From contig NC_045696.1 in the NCBI RefSeq assembly GCF_009834535.1, forward strand, positions 55,368,001 through 55,432,000: a stretch of DNA of 64,000 nucleotides, in the 5' to 3' direction. Of this stretch, positions 50,356 to 63,880 are shown piece by piece. The notes under the pieces were generated by a model. That model searched no databases, was not told the DNA's origin, and saw only the letters and a list, made by a program, of their open reading frames with translations. Made by a program: the position numbers and the translations under genes. This DNA is from Camelus ferus (Eukaryota). Each line of letters starts with the position of its first letter. The first letter of the stretch is position 1.

Positions 50356-51331
50356 CTGAAAAGGAGCAAAAATAGAGCTGTCATTAGGATTGACTTGAAG
50401 TTTACTGTCCCCTCCTGCCCAGGACTCTCTTCCCATGTTCGGGCTAATATGTCTGTGAAATGTAAATTCTCAGGACAGAGCACACACTCACGAGAGCAAA
50501 CACCGCAGTCCCGCTGGCATCGGCTTTGACATTCATTCCCTTTAAGACAATGCTTAGGAAAAACTCTCCCTCAGCTTCTTAGTCTCCAAGAGTAATAAAA
50601 GTAGTATCAAATCTCTAAAAGACTATGTCTTCCCATATAACTGAATATATGTGTGTGTGTGTATAATTTTTTTTTTTTTGCTCTAAATAGGAAAAGAGTC
50701 TATGAAAAACACACTGAGCAAGTTGCTGGAAAATAGCTAGGAAATCAAACTATGGATGTGGGAACTTCAACAAACTATTAAGACTTGCCTGATTTCATCA
50801 CACTTTGTGGTTTGAGAAATCACTGTGGTGTGCTGATGAGAGGTTTTCCTCACTAATCTTATGCTGGGATGAAATCTGTCCCTGCATACAGTCAAAATCC
50901 TTAAGAATTACAAGAGGCTAAAAGAAGTCACTAAACTAATTTAAGATGTCAACTAATTCATTTAACATTTATTGAGTACTAGACATTCTACTAGATGTTT
51001 CATGTGAAAAAGACACCCCTCCTATACCCAAGAAGCCTGTGGTCAGATAAGGGCGGCCATCAGTGCAAGAACATGTGCATCTTAAAGTCTGAACGAGGGC
51101 CTAAGTCAACTTAGGTGAGGAGGTGATGCCCAGACTAGTCTTGAACCAGATCAAGGAGTGTCCTGAAGAGATGGGTGAAGAGGGAAGGCGTATGGTCCAG
51201 GAAGAGGGTGGAGGCGTGAGGACATGAGGCATGGCCATCGCTGTCAGAAGATTAGCAGAGATATCTTAGCTCCCAAAATGAACAGAAATACAGACATCAG
51301 CTATGCAGGACAAATTATCTGACACACAAAC

Positions 51332-51482
51332 CTTATTTCATTAGGAATTTCTTCTTCCTCCTCCTCTTTGTTTTTGCTTCTCCAGTAAAAGAATGCCCCT
51401 AAAATTAGTGCAATGCAAAAAATGATAATAACTGCACCAGTGCCAATGGCTCCAGCTATTAGTCCAATGCTCCTGGGCTGGG
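51332..51482 (-). CDS. IGSF11: IGSF11 transmembrane exon
   Basis: 151 nt exon. Acceptor ttttgcag|CC and donor AAG|gtttgt. Translates (P)[49 protein letters not shown](R): a TM helix plus acidic juxtamembrane segment typical of CTX/CAR-family proteins. Read manually; absent from the ORF track. Confidence 0.96.
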
Positions 51483-52225
51483 CTGCAAAATATATTTAAA
51501 GAAAAAAGAAGAGAGAGAGAGAGAGAATAGACTATACTTACACAACTTCATAAACAGTAAGTCTACTAAAGAATCTTCTTAAAATGTATAAAATTGCCTG
51601 CAGAATCACATGCATTTAAAGTTAAACCTCACTTAACTTTCTGTATCCGCAGTGGTTAGGACTAACACACAGTAGGTTCACAAACATTTACTGAATGAAT
51701 GAACAATTACACAACACACAGCTGTAGGAGAGCTACACCTAGGGGCAGAGCAGGGAAAAGATGGTACCCATCTATCTGCCTAATCCGCCCCAAATGAACT
51801 CAGCCATCAGTGGGATAACCTATCACCTCATCACAACCAGATCATTCCCTTTTGCAACTGGAATTCAAATTATAACCCAGAATTCTCAACTAAGGAGAAG
51901 ATTTCTGCACTGCTTATTTATGACCTGGGCACCCAACATTTAAGCAGGGATTAGGAGAAAATACAAAAAGGTCTTGTCAAGACCATAAGATCATCACAAA
52001 TTTGTATATATCCAATCAGAACTGATTTGATTCTGATGGTCCCAAGGAGAAGACATTTTATCATAAAGAAGGTGTTATATTGCTGAGTAATGATGAAAAC
52101 CGAAAGAATTTCCATTTAATCTTCAAACAACCTGAAAACAATTAAGCAGAACTCTTCATTCCCTGGCTTAACAAAGATTTAGGCATTTTGGACCCAAAGG
52201 GGACATCAGAATTCTGCCTACTTAC

Positions 52226-52348
52226 GAGAAATGACCTGGAGATCCAGAAGACATGTGCTGGTCCCAATGGCATTAGAGGCCACACACTGGTACAAACCTG
52301 AAGACAGGGCGCTGATGTTCCGGATGGTGACTGTTCCCTGCACCTGGT
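52226..52348 (-). CDS. IGSF11: IGSF11 internal coding exon (C-terminal half of second Ig domain)
   Basis: 123 nt exon. Acceptor ttttgtgacag|AC at 52348 and donor TC|gtaag at 52225. Translates (D)[40 protein letters not shown](P), which I recognise as IGSF11/BT-IgSF. Phase 1 at both ends, joining in frame to the next exon. Confidence 0.96.
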
Positions 52349-53853
52349 CTGTCACAAAAATAATAATCAAGGGAGGATTGAAGGAAAAAAATAAGGAAAC
52401 TGAAGAAATCAAGCAGAAGACTATAAAAACAAATAAATAGTGAAGAGCTATCAATATCTTTTTTGGAGAGAGATTTTTTTGGTTCATGAATATTAAAGAC
52501 TAAAATCATAACATCACGTCAAAGACCCGAAGCTACAGAAGACTGTCCTAAATAAGGGTAATCTTACAACTTAATCTTGAGCAGATAAATGTCAGGTCCT
52601 AAATGTGGGGAGCCTTCTCTGAGGAAATGGTGGCTAATGCCTATTTTAGAGAATTTATGATTAGAAACACCGAACTTTAATTCTGAGGAAATGCCATAAC
52701 ATGAAGATGAAGTTAAACTCATTATAATAATGTATGTTTGCTTCACACTTGATGGAAAAATTACCCACTCTGTGCTCGAGGGGGTAGACAGTTAATTCCT
52801 TCCAACAACCATTATAACTGTTTGTGTAAATCCAGGCCCTCCAAGAAGTGGTGCCAAGACAAGCAAGAGGTTTCATGGAGGAAATGGCAGTAAAGGACAT
52901 GGAGAGGAAGCCGGGGAAGCAGGGACAGGCTCAGAGCACAGTCTGGCCCCGGTGAAGGGGAGCGGGAAGGAAGGAGGGCCGGGGGGGAGGGGTGTCTCAG
53001 ACTGCAGCACAGTGTCATGGAAGCTTCCACTAGGCCGATGGGAGTCCTTGAGCCAAAGTCACCTGTGAAAGGGCTCACACCTGTGGGAACAGGCCTGCAT
53101 CAGCAGCCCCGCTGTGCCCAGGGACTAGCTGGGAGCTGCCCAGGAGACGCCTGGCCTGGGTGCAAAGCAGTGGTGGCTACTAGAGGGAGCCACTGGGGCT
53201 GCTGGTCAATTACACTCCCACAGCAGGCGACCTGAGCAGGGCCTTTTCAGGGTGACCACACTGAGATTACCAAGAAATAGATCAGTGGTTTACATTTTAG
53301 TAATTTGTCAACATTAGAATAGTTCATTTACTCCTTATAAACAAGATGCAAAGACTTACAGTGGTGATAAAAATCAAAGTTAATAGTTATTAATAAGTGC
53401 CAAGATTGGGCTAAGCTTTTATACCTATTACCTCCATCTTCACAGTGCCTCTCAGAGGTATTATTATTAGTAACCCCATTGAACAGATAAGGAAACTGAG
53501 GCTTTGGATGAGGAGTAAGATTACCCAGCTGCTCACCAGGAACTGGAATTGGAGGAAGGGCTGTCTTACCTCCACGCTCTAGGCTTCACTGCCTCCCTCA
53601 GGCAGAACATAACACATCCAGTCACCTCAACCACTCAAAACAGTGACACATCTAGGAGCAAGTGGAAAAGCCTCCCGATGGGTCTGTGGCACTAAGTCCA
53701 TGTGTTCCTAGGGCAACGCCTGGAGCTATCTCTACCCTGTGCTGACAATTTTTACACGAAACAAAGATTGAGTTACCTAGTCTCTGCTGGCAACCTTCAT
53801 TTCTCATTAGACCAAGGGCAGAGCAGAGTCATTTAACAAGTAAATATTTATTG

Positions 53854-53997
53854 AGGGTGGGAAGGGTATGGCTCAGTGGTAGAGCACATGCTTACCATGC
53901 ATGAGGTCCTGGGTTTGATCCCCAATACCATTAAAAATAGATAAATAAACCTAATTATTTCCCATCCACAAAACAAAACAAAACAAAACAAAACAAA
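53854..53997 (+). mobile_element. tRNA-derived camelid SINE (Vic-type) inserted in an L2 3' end
   Basis: A and B boxes, aaacctaattat, (CAAAA)n tail. Exact TSD aaatatttattg at 53842-53853 and 53998-54009. Confidence 0.9.
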
Positions 53998-56900
53998 AAA
54001 TATTTATTGCACACCTTTCTGTATGCTGGGTAATTTCTTAGGATGGTGATACAATGATGGACAGGCCAACCCAGCCCTGTACCTTAATGAGACAGGTAGG
54101 CAAGAAATGACAACAAACGGGGTGAGTGCTGGCACTAGAGGATGCAGGGTGCTGAGGGGCACATAAGAGGGGCATCTAATGAGCATGAGCAAATTCTGAA
54201 GGACCTCCAGACATCAACAGCCCTCAGGCTTATCTCTCTGTCTTCTAACATAACACAGTAGGTAGTGTTAACAAATAACTCTGAATCATCAAACACACAC
54301 TGAAATTAATTTCAATATACAGACCAGGGAAAGGAGATTTTTCTGCATTTGTTTTTTAATGGAAGCATTTAAATGGTCAAACCCATATAATACAGATGTC
54401 TTACTTACCCAGAACAGGATGAGTGATGAATTTGGACATTTGGATTATCCTGTTCATAACCAAGTCAGTTACTGGCTAGTTAGTTGGTTCATACTTGTGT
54501 TAGTTCCTTTTCCTTAAAAACAAACATCTCTCATGGCAGCCAGTGTGGGGGAAGCTTTTCAGCAAATTCACTCAGATAATTGGGCCAGTCTGGAGGGAAA
54601 CTCCTCCGTGTGATATTTGATTTTCAGGGTCCCCATTAAATGTCCCTCCTATAAGCTCCCCAACACCCTGTATTCTCTGGTGCTGAAACTTACCCCATTT
54701 ATTATAATTTCTTGCCTACTTGTCCCAGTAAGATAAGGGACTGGGTTTGTCTTGTTCATCACTGTACCCAGCACCAAGAAAGGTATGCATTCAATAAATA
54801 AAGGGGTCTTTTCCCTTTAGTGTCTAACTATACTAAGAGATTTACATGTCTCATTTAATCTTAAAAACCTTAAGTTTTATACTCCCTGTATTTCAAAGAT
54901 GAAAAACCTCATAGAAGCTAGGCAGTCTGTCCAAGATCACACAGTACACAAGTAGCAGCACATAAAATCAGGTCTGTCCATGTCCAAAAGCTCATAATCA
55001 CCATGCACAGACTTGGCTTCTACTAAGACAAGTAAAACAACACGGTTCTATGGGGTGCATCTATAGTATATTCCCTAATCTTGTGATCAATGTTCCAATG
55101 CTGTCAGTATTAAACTGAGTCATCTGCCAAATTCCATTGTCAATACATTACCAAAATGTCATCATGCAAGGAAAAAACCCACAATCTCTGGGCAACTAAC
55201 CCCACAATTCCACACACTGTGTTGTTGTTTTCCTAAATCCTGAAATTCTAGAAATTTGATCAGCTCACACCAAACCAGCGATCTTGTTGACATTTCCGTA
55301 GAGATAATTTGGGAAATTTTTAACAGCTGATCTAAGCAGCATTCTGGCATACAGGAAGAGGTAAAGTTTAAAGATTCTTGCTGTAAAAAGTTATTTTTAA
55401 ATGGTGAAGTCACTGTTCTCCCCTTGGTCTCTACAGACACAGACATCATGAGCAGAGTGATGTAAGAAAGTGTTCTTCAATGAGATTGATACACCACGCT
55501 GGAGCTAACTCAGAACGTAATCAGGGGTGGGAACGATGCAGGGATAAGAGAGGACTAACCAGAAGCATGTTGGTGTAGCCAAGGCAACGCAGAGACAGGA
55601 GCATCTCTGCAGCAAGCCCCAACAAATATTATTACTCAGGACCTGAGGTTGAGAGATCAGAATTCCTAAGTCAAATTTTTCTATATTTTATATGATTTAT
55701 GCATTTTTAAATAATAACGAGTGACCATAATAATAAACAGAAAGTCATTTCTTATATACAAATTTCAGAAGTATTCTGCAGAAAAAAATAATGAATGCAC
55801 AGTTTACTCTTATTTGACCAATATGTTATGATATATATACTTCAATAATATATAAAAAATGCTCTCAAACAGGTACAAACACTTAATAAAAAGAAGTAAA
55901 AATGGGAACATTAACACAAAAGAAATGCCAAATTAAAATCTATTTAAAAATTCAAAGATAATACCACAAATACTTAATATTTAAACTCTCATTCTAGAAG
56001 AAAATTTAAAAGCACTATATAGCATTAAGTGCACTACCCAATAGTCTAGATCTTTGTCTCACACCAAATATTCCAGACATAGAAAATTTTATTTCCTTTT
56101 TGTTGATGTTGGTTGAATTAAGATATGGATGGAGCAGGGGCACAGAGAGAACGTGTCCCCATGAAGAGAACATCCTAAGCACCTTTCGGGCAGACGTTAC
56201 AACACACACTGCTTCCTTTCAGCTCATTTTCTTTATTCAACAATGAAAACACTTTGTCTTTCTGACCTGATTTTTGTTTTGCCATTGAAACAGATATTAC
56301 TTTTGCCAGTTCAGATTCTCAATCCATTTCTGATTTCATGTCACTGTATCTACAGCAACATTCCCATCTACTGCTCTTGGCATTTCTGCTACTAAAGTAT
56401 CTACAAAGGACTGTCGCCTATGACAAATACTCAAAAACTGGAAAACACCAATGAACATTACTGGGTAATATTTGAACAATGCAGTATTTGGATCCCCTGG
56501 TATTAAAAACACTGCAGAGAATCACATATCAAAATACTAAGGACTTACTTTGCTTCTGAAACCTGTTATTTATTGGAATGCTACTCATGGCATTTGTATA
56601 AAAAACACATTAATATTTATTTGTGAGAATGACTCACCACTGGCAACAGACTGGGTCATGAACACACACTTACAACATGACAACAGCTACAAGCGAGACT
56701 GACTGATTAGATCGTGACAATTTTTCTCCTACACATTTCTGTCTAGGTTCCCAGAAATGTTGACTCTGAACAGTCTGGCTTTTAATCTGACATCAGTAGA
56801 TTCTTCTGAATCAGTATGTCCCTACGTTGACTGTTAAGCTTTAATTCTCAAAGGAGAACGGCACTTAGCACTCAAGAAACATCTGTTATCATTATCATTA

Positions 56901-57464
56901 TTTCAGTCCCCGTCTAGAGGTCCCAGAGGACCAGTAACTCACTACTTTCCTCCAGCAAACCTCTAAGTATATCTTCTCTGAGTTAATAGCTGCTGTTCAT
57001 TCAATGGCCTAAGACAGAAATCTGAGTTAACTCTGACTCTTCTCTGAGTCCCAGTATATCATCAAGCTCCATGTCTTGTCGATTTCTGGCTTTTATCTCT
57101 GTGAATCCCACCTTGACTCCTCTCTCTTCTCCATCTGGATGAGCAGGTCCTAAGTTCACGCCCTCTTCACTTCTTGATGGAGCTATTATCAAAGCCTCCT
57201 ATCTTGTGACCTGGCTTCCAATCGCTCACCCTGACTGCTGAGGCTGTCTCTAAAATGCAGATCTCAGTATCCTCTCTGGTTTTATAAGAAGGCCAGTCAC
57301 TACCCATAGTCTCAAAGACAATATCCAAATTCTCTGAATGTCATATAATGACTTTACAATCTGGACATGAACTTGCCAATCTCCTTTCTGGCCAAGTCTC
57401 CATAAATCTTTATGTCATCTTCATAGATCTTCTTACTTTAAAATGTCAAAATTTGTAGTGTGTG

Positions 57465-60220
57465 TGGGAACAAACAGTGGAGCAGGAGGACACTGGGCTC
57501 ACCTCCCTCATGAACACACCAAAATTACAACCACATGTAGAACAAATCTCACTGACATCAGCCTGGGGACCAGCAGGACGGCTCTTCTACCAGCAAGTTT
57601 GTAAAGAAAGACCCACACAGAGTTTGGTAGGAAGAGAGAAGAACTGATCAGGTCAGGACCCTCCCTTCTAGCAGGGGACACAGGAGAGAGGGGGGATATT
57701 ACAGGCTCGAGGATCCTCCCTGGGGAGTGAGGGGTTTGAGCCACATATTAGGCAGCCCAGCCCTGGGGTCCTACATTAGGAAGATGAGTGGCCTTAGCTG
57801 GCTTGAAAACCAATGGGGCTTACTGGAGGGCTGTAGGAAACCGACTCCACTCTTGAAGGGCATGTGAACACACTTCGCTTACTCCCAGTAACAGCACAGA
57901 GGCAGATGACTGGAAACCGTGTCAGGCTCCGGCCAGCTTGCCAGGACTGCCCCGGCGCATCCCCCACCCCGACCCAGCACCAGCCGCCTGCTCCAGCCAC
58001 TCTTGTTCCAGAGCTGTTCTTCACTAAGGAGGCAGCTGCTGTTGCCAACAAGAGTGTGCCCACTTTGAGAGAACAGAACTTGCTCTGACCCTAGCTCTGT
58101 CTCTGACCAGGGCAATGGCAGCCACTGACAGTGCAGGCTTTGGTGTACACACTGAGGAGGGGATGTCGCTAGCTCCAGGGCAGAGACTGTCCATCCCCTG
58201 AGCATATGTCCCTGCACACACCTGGGAGGGAGCCAGCCCAGCAGTGTGGAACCAATGCCTCCGGCCCTGACACAGCCTCTAGTCAAGGTGCACACACTGG
58301 GGAAAAAGTGAAAGCAGCAAAGAAGTGCAGCCCCGAACCCTGAGGTCCCAGCTATACCCCAAACCAAGGCTGAGGATGCCACCACCCCTGGGAGAAACCC
58401 AGTTCCCTCATGGCTCCTGTTCCAGCCCCTGTGGCCCCAATCCCACCTCCAACAGGGCAGTGATGGCCACTGTGCCCGTGAGAAGCTCCTACTCAAACAA
58501 GGCTCTGGCTCTAGCCCCTCCATCTCCAGCCCTACCTCCCACCAAGGTGGCAGCTGCCAGCACATCCTCAGGGATGACACAGCCCATGCTCACTTCAGAT
58601 CCAGGTCCCCCACCAAAGCCAAGGGGCACACACAGACCGTCAAGGGACGTTCCCACACACGGACAGAACTTCTTTCACCGGATTTCATATAGACAGAGAA
58701 AGTCAAACATAATGAGAAGAGAAAGAAATATGTTTCAAATGAAAGAACAAGAAAAAAAGAACTGTGACAATAAACCCTAATGAGAGATAAATGATTTACC
58801 TGATGAACAGTTCAAAGCAATAGTAGTTAAGTATGCTGACTGAACTTGGGAAAAGAATAGATGAACACAGGGAGAATTTTAATAAAGAACTAGAAAATAT
58901 AAAAAGAACCAGACAAAGCAGAAGAATACAGCAACTGAAACGAAAAACACACTAAAGGGAATTAACAGCAGATAAGGTGATACAGAAGAATGCACAAGCC
59001 ATCTGGAAGACAGAATAATGGAACAGCAAATCAGACATCCAATTAGAACAGCAAAAATAAAAACAAAATTCTAAAAATGAGAATAGTTTAAGGGACCTCT
59101 AAGACAACATCAAATGTACTAACATTTGCATTATAGGGGTCCCAAAAGGAGGAGAGAAAGAGATAGAAGATGTATTTGATGAAATTATGGCTGAAAACTT
59201 CCTGAACTTGCAAAAGGAAACAGATATCCAGGTACAAGAAGCACAGAGAGTCCCAAACAAGGTGAACTCAAACAGACCCACACCAAGATGTATCATAAAT
59301 AAAACAGCAAAAGTTAGAGACAGAAAAATTTAAAAACAGTAAGAGAAAAACAAAGTCATACAATAGATCCCCCATAAGACTAGCAGCTGATTTTTCAGCA
59401 GAAACTGCAGGCCAGAAGAGAGTGGCATATATATATTCCATGTACTGAAAGGGAGAAAACCTACAACATACAGTACTCTATCCCATAAGGTTATCATTCA
59501 GAATTGAAGGAGAGATAAAAAGCTTCTCAGACAAGGAAAAATTAAGAGTTCATCAATACTAAACTGACATTACAAGAGGCATTAAAGGGTCTTCTTCAAG
59601 TAAAAATGAAAAAGTTACAACAAGAAATAAATTATAGGCAGGGAAAAATCCCACTGGTAAAAGTAAACATACAGTAAAGGCTGTGAATCAGCCACTTAAA
59701 AGGGTGAGCACAAAGGTTAAAGGACAAAAACTGTAAAATCAACTATAATTATAATAAATAATTAAGAGATAGACATAAATGTAAAATATGACAAAAAACA
59801 AAACATCAGGGAGGGGGAAATGTAGCTCTTTTAGAATGTGCTTGAATTTAAATGATTATCAGTTTAAAACAAGTAAATATAATTATAGGTCAACATATAT
59901 GTACTCTGAGGTAACTACAAATCAAAAACCTACAACAGGTACACAAAAACTACAGAGAAAGGAACACAAACAGAACACTGAAGAAATCATCAGACTACAA
60001 AATAAGAGATTAAAAGAAGAAAAGAACAGAGAAGAGCTACAAAAACAACCAGAAAATAATTAACAAAATGGCAGTAAGGACACACCTATCAACAAGAACT
60101 TTAAATGTCAATGGGCTAAATGCTCCAATCAAAAGACATACGGCGGGTGACTGGATGGAAAAATAAGACCCATCTATACACTGCCTTCAAGAGACTCACT
60201 TCAGAGCTAGAGACACATGA
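57465..60220 (+). mobile_element. L1 5' half: 5' UTR, disrupted ORF1 (ATG 58712), inter-ORF spacer, start of ORF2 (ATG 60068); 3' part missing
   Basis: GC-rich 5' UTR. ORF1 text (MRRERNMFQMKEQ; ataggggtccca...gaaattatggctgaaaacttcc). ORF2 endonuclease start ttaaatgtcaatgggctaaatgctccaatcaaaagac. Confidence 0.9.
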
Positions 60221-61139
60221 GAGAATAATGGAAACACTCTCGTTGGGAAGGGAATTAGCAGTGGGAGCTCAAGAAGGAGAATCAAGAGTTCTGAGGCTTC
60301 CCAGCCTGGCAGGAGAATGGGGTTTTCTATCAGTGGGCTGTAGACAAACTGCGCATCCTCTCTGGGCCCCTGTCTTCTCCCTTGTAACACGCACTGCGGG
60401 ACCTCAGTGACAGTTAAGATGCTCCATCTATGATCTCCACACCAAGTTCTGCACAGAGTTCTCAAGCAAGCAGGAGAGCTTCATAGTATTAAATTATGCA
60501 AGGAGGAGAACAGAAGATTTCTTAGGAACCATGAAGGAAAAATGCATCATTTATAAAGGACACTGAAATAATCCATAGACGCTATGGGGGAGGGGGCAAG
60601 AAAGAGCTTGGTAAATAGAAAACATAAAATGTGATATTAGAAATTAAGTATATCCATAATCACAATTATAATTAATGTAAATGTATTCAATCAACCAAAG
60701 GGAAAAGGCTCTCAGACTGCAGATTGGAAACCAAACTAGATTCAGACATGCTGTTTATAAGATACACATCTAAAACATGGAAACTCAAAAGTAAATGAAT
60801 CATAAAATAGAAACATAACAGCAAGAATTAACCAAAGAAAACAACTACAGGGATTTTAATAATAGTCAAAATAACACAGAAATGCATATTAAGCATAGAG
60901 AATCCATAAGCTATAACAACCTATAAGCAACATTCAGAGGCTTAGGATAGGATTAAAAAAGCATAATTGATAAATCCACAATCCCACTATGTGATTTTTA
61001 AACAAATCTCTCTCATAAAATACTAGCTGAAACAAATGAAATATTGGTAAAGATAAAGACTATTTGAATAATACAATTAACAAACATAAATCATATATAT
61101 AAATGGCCATCCTAGCACCTGTAAGTGGACATAATAGCT

Positions 61140-61600
61140 CCTACTACTCTCTGCCCTGCTCATGCCATGCCAAATACACTGGCTTCTTTGCTGTCCATCT
61201 AAAACACCGGGCACACTCCTGCCTCAGGACCTTCACACAGCTGTTCCCTCTACCTGGAAAGCTCTCTAGCCCCATATTCATATGTTTCATTCCTTTATCA
61301 TCTTCAAATCTTTGCTAGAATCAACTTCTCAGTGAGGCTTACCCTAAGAATCTTACTCAAATTTCAGCTCCTCATGCCTCAGCTAATCCATTTTACCCTC
61401 ACCTATTTTTCCCCCAATGAATTTACCACCTTGTAACAATCTCTGCAATTTACTGATTGATTATGTTCAATCTCCAATCTCCTGCAGAATATAAGCTCTA
61501 CAGAAGAAAAGACTTCTGTTCACTGATGTGTTTCCAGCACCTAGAACAGGGTCTGGAACCTAACAGATGCCCAACAGATATTTGTTGAATGAATAAATGA
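61140..61600 (+). mobile_element. L2 3' end
   Basis: ctcctgcctcaggaccttcacacagctgttccctctacctgga...cagcacctagaacag...atatttgttgaatgaataaatga. Confidence 0.85.
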
Positions 61601-61769
61601 AGAACAGAAATTAAAACAAGTACACAAGAGGATAAATAGATCCAAAAGCTTGGTTTAGGCAGCACTGATCACAAACATAAAGATGAGAAGGACAAATGGA
61701 ATTAGGAATGAAAAGGGCAACATAAATGCAGAGAGTTTTAAAATTCACAAGGGAATAATAATAATACCC

Positions 61770-62000
61770 ATGATAATATGAACACCAATATTTGTTAAGT
61801 GCTTATACATGCCAGATGCTGTTCTACTAAAACGTTTTATGTGTGTTTTCATTTAATCTTTATGCCACCGCCAGGACAGTTACTATCACTGTCTCTATTT
61901 TACATATAAGAAAACTAAGGTACAGGGTCACATAGCCAGTGATTCCTGGAGCTGGGATTCGAAACCACATCCTCTGACTCCAGAACCTGCACTCTCAAGT
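61770..62000 (-). mobile_element. MIR SINE
   Basis: tattttacatataagaaaactaagg...ggagctgggattcgaaacc...tctgactccaga. Confidence 0.8.
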
Positions 62001-62494
62001 ACACACTTTTGTTTTCAAATAGAGAATACTATTAACAACTTGATACCAATATGCATAAACTTAAAAAAAAGAGAGACCATTTTCTAGAAAAATTAAAAAG
62101 ATACAGGAAATCTAAATAAACCTACACCATTAGAGAAACTGAGTCAGTACTCAGAAAGCTACCAATAAATAAATGAATAAATAAATAACAGCAGGCAAAT
62201 CTTTTACAGGCAAATTCCACAAGATCATCAGATAACTTCCATCTTACCCATATCGTTTCAGAGAACAGAAAAAAAGGAAGCTCTGCCCAACTTATTTTAT
62301 GAGGATATTATATAATCTGGTACTAAAGCTCAACTGAGGACAACAGAAGACAGAGAAGTTAGACATTCTGACTTCTGATCGCAGATAAAGAAATTCCACT
62401 AAAATATCAGCATACCAAATGGAGCAATTTATTTAAAAATAATCACAATCGAAATTCAAGGATGTTGTAATGTTTGAAAATCTATTAATGTAAT

Positions 62495-62692
62495 TCTCTC
62501 ACTGACATTTTGGCCTGGATAAGTTTCTGTTGTGGGTCTGGGCTGTGCGTAATAGGATGTTTAGTGCCATCCCTGGCCTTAACCACTAGCTGCCAGCTGT
62601 ACCTTCCTCCCAGCTGTGACATCCCAGCTGTGACAATCAAAAATGTCTCCAGACGTTGCCAAGTGAAATTTTCACTAGATGAGAATCACTGA
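62495..62692. mobile_element. MER20-like hAT DNA transposon
   Basis: actgacattttggcctggataagtttctgttgtggg...gatgtttagtgccatccctggcc...gtgacaatcaaaaatgtctccagacgttgcc...gagaatcactg. Confidence 0.85.
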
Positions 62693-62984
62693 TGTGGAGG
62701 CTGCTGAACAGTCTCACGTACTGTGTTTCCACTTAATGGAACCTGGATCAACGGTACAGGCCTTATGAAGCACAGGCCAAACTGCTGCATTTTGCTTCAA
62801 ATAAAATCAATCAAATAGAGTTTTCACTCATCCAAGAATTCAGTGTTATATACCAAAAAGCCAATACTAAGTCCACCTTATTCCTCTGTATGAAAATGAA
62901 GTATACCACCACAGGAAGCTGGTTCCAAATTCACTCAGTGCTTAGAACCCACATATGAATTACATGAGGACAATTTTGGTCACT

Positions 62985-63880
62985 TTCATTGTGACATAAT
63001 TTTAAACTTACAGAAAAGTTGCAAGAACACTAGAGGAATTCTGTGTCTCATATATCACCTTCTCAGATTCAACAGTGATTTCTATTTTGCCCTATTAGGT
63101 TATTAGGTTATTTTCTCAGTACATGTAAAAATATTTTCCTGAACCATTGCAGGAGCAAGTTGAAAACACTGCCCCTTTTTACCATTAAGTACTGAGCATT
63201 TCCTATGAACAAAGATATCCTTTACATAATCACAGTACAAGTATCAAAGTCAAGAAATTTAACATTGATACAACAGAATTATCTCATTCACAGCTCAGAT
63301 TTCATCAATTGGCCCAATACTGTCCTTTATAGCTATTTTTTCTCCTGCCCAGATTCGAATCCAGGATTCTGTATTGCACTTAGCTGTTTTAACTGCTTAA
63401 CCTCTTTCAATCTGGAACAGTTGTCTTCATGACCTTTGTTTGCTCGGTGTTTCCTCATGACTGGACTCAGGACCACTGTGGCAGTGATGCTGTGTCCTCA
63501 GTGCATATGCCAGGACGCACAGGATACCAGTCTGTCACGACACTGGTTATGCGGTTAAAATGGTATCCCCCAGGTCTCTCTACTATAAAGTTACTATTTT
63601 TCTTTATAATTAATGAGTTATTTGAGGGGAAATACTTTGGAACTATGTAAATACCATTCCTCATCAAACATTGGCCCACTATCTTGACATCAGGGATGAC
63701 TTTCTAACTCTGTCATTCCTTCCACATACATTGGTAGGCATTCTACTGTAAGAAAATGCTTTCCCTTCTCCCTCATTTATTTACGTATATCAGGGATTCA
63801 TGGATTCCAATTTTATTCAATGAACTACAAATTTATTTTAATGTTCAAATTGTCCAAGATTTGGCCAGAAGGAGCTCCTT
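62985..63880 (-). mobile_element. Old L1 (L1MC-like) 3' UTR, antisense
   Basis: aattttaaacttacagaaaagttgcaaga...aagaaatttaacattgatacaa...gttcaaattgtccaagatttggccag. Confidence 0.8.

Noticed and set aside
50356..50483. N-terminal part of the 189 aa ORF (MLCPENLHF...)
   Set aside because: It lies upstream of the splice acceptor at 50355, so it is an intronic open frame and not IGSF11 protein.
52349..52487. Hydrophobic N-terminal extension of ORF 52218-52487 (looks like a signal or TM segment)
   Set aside because: This is a translation of the T-rich intron and polypyrimidine tract preceding the true acceptor.
57879..58780. 233 aa and 151 aa ORFs as novel genes
   Set aside because: Both lie within a GC-rich L1 5' UTR, where stop codons are scarce, and show no recognisable domain.
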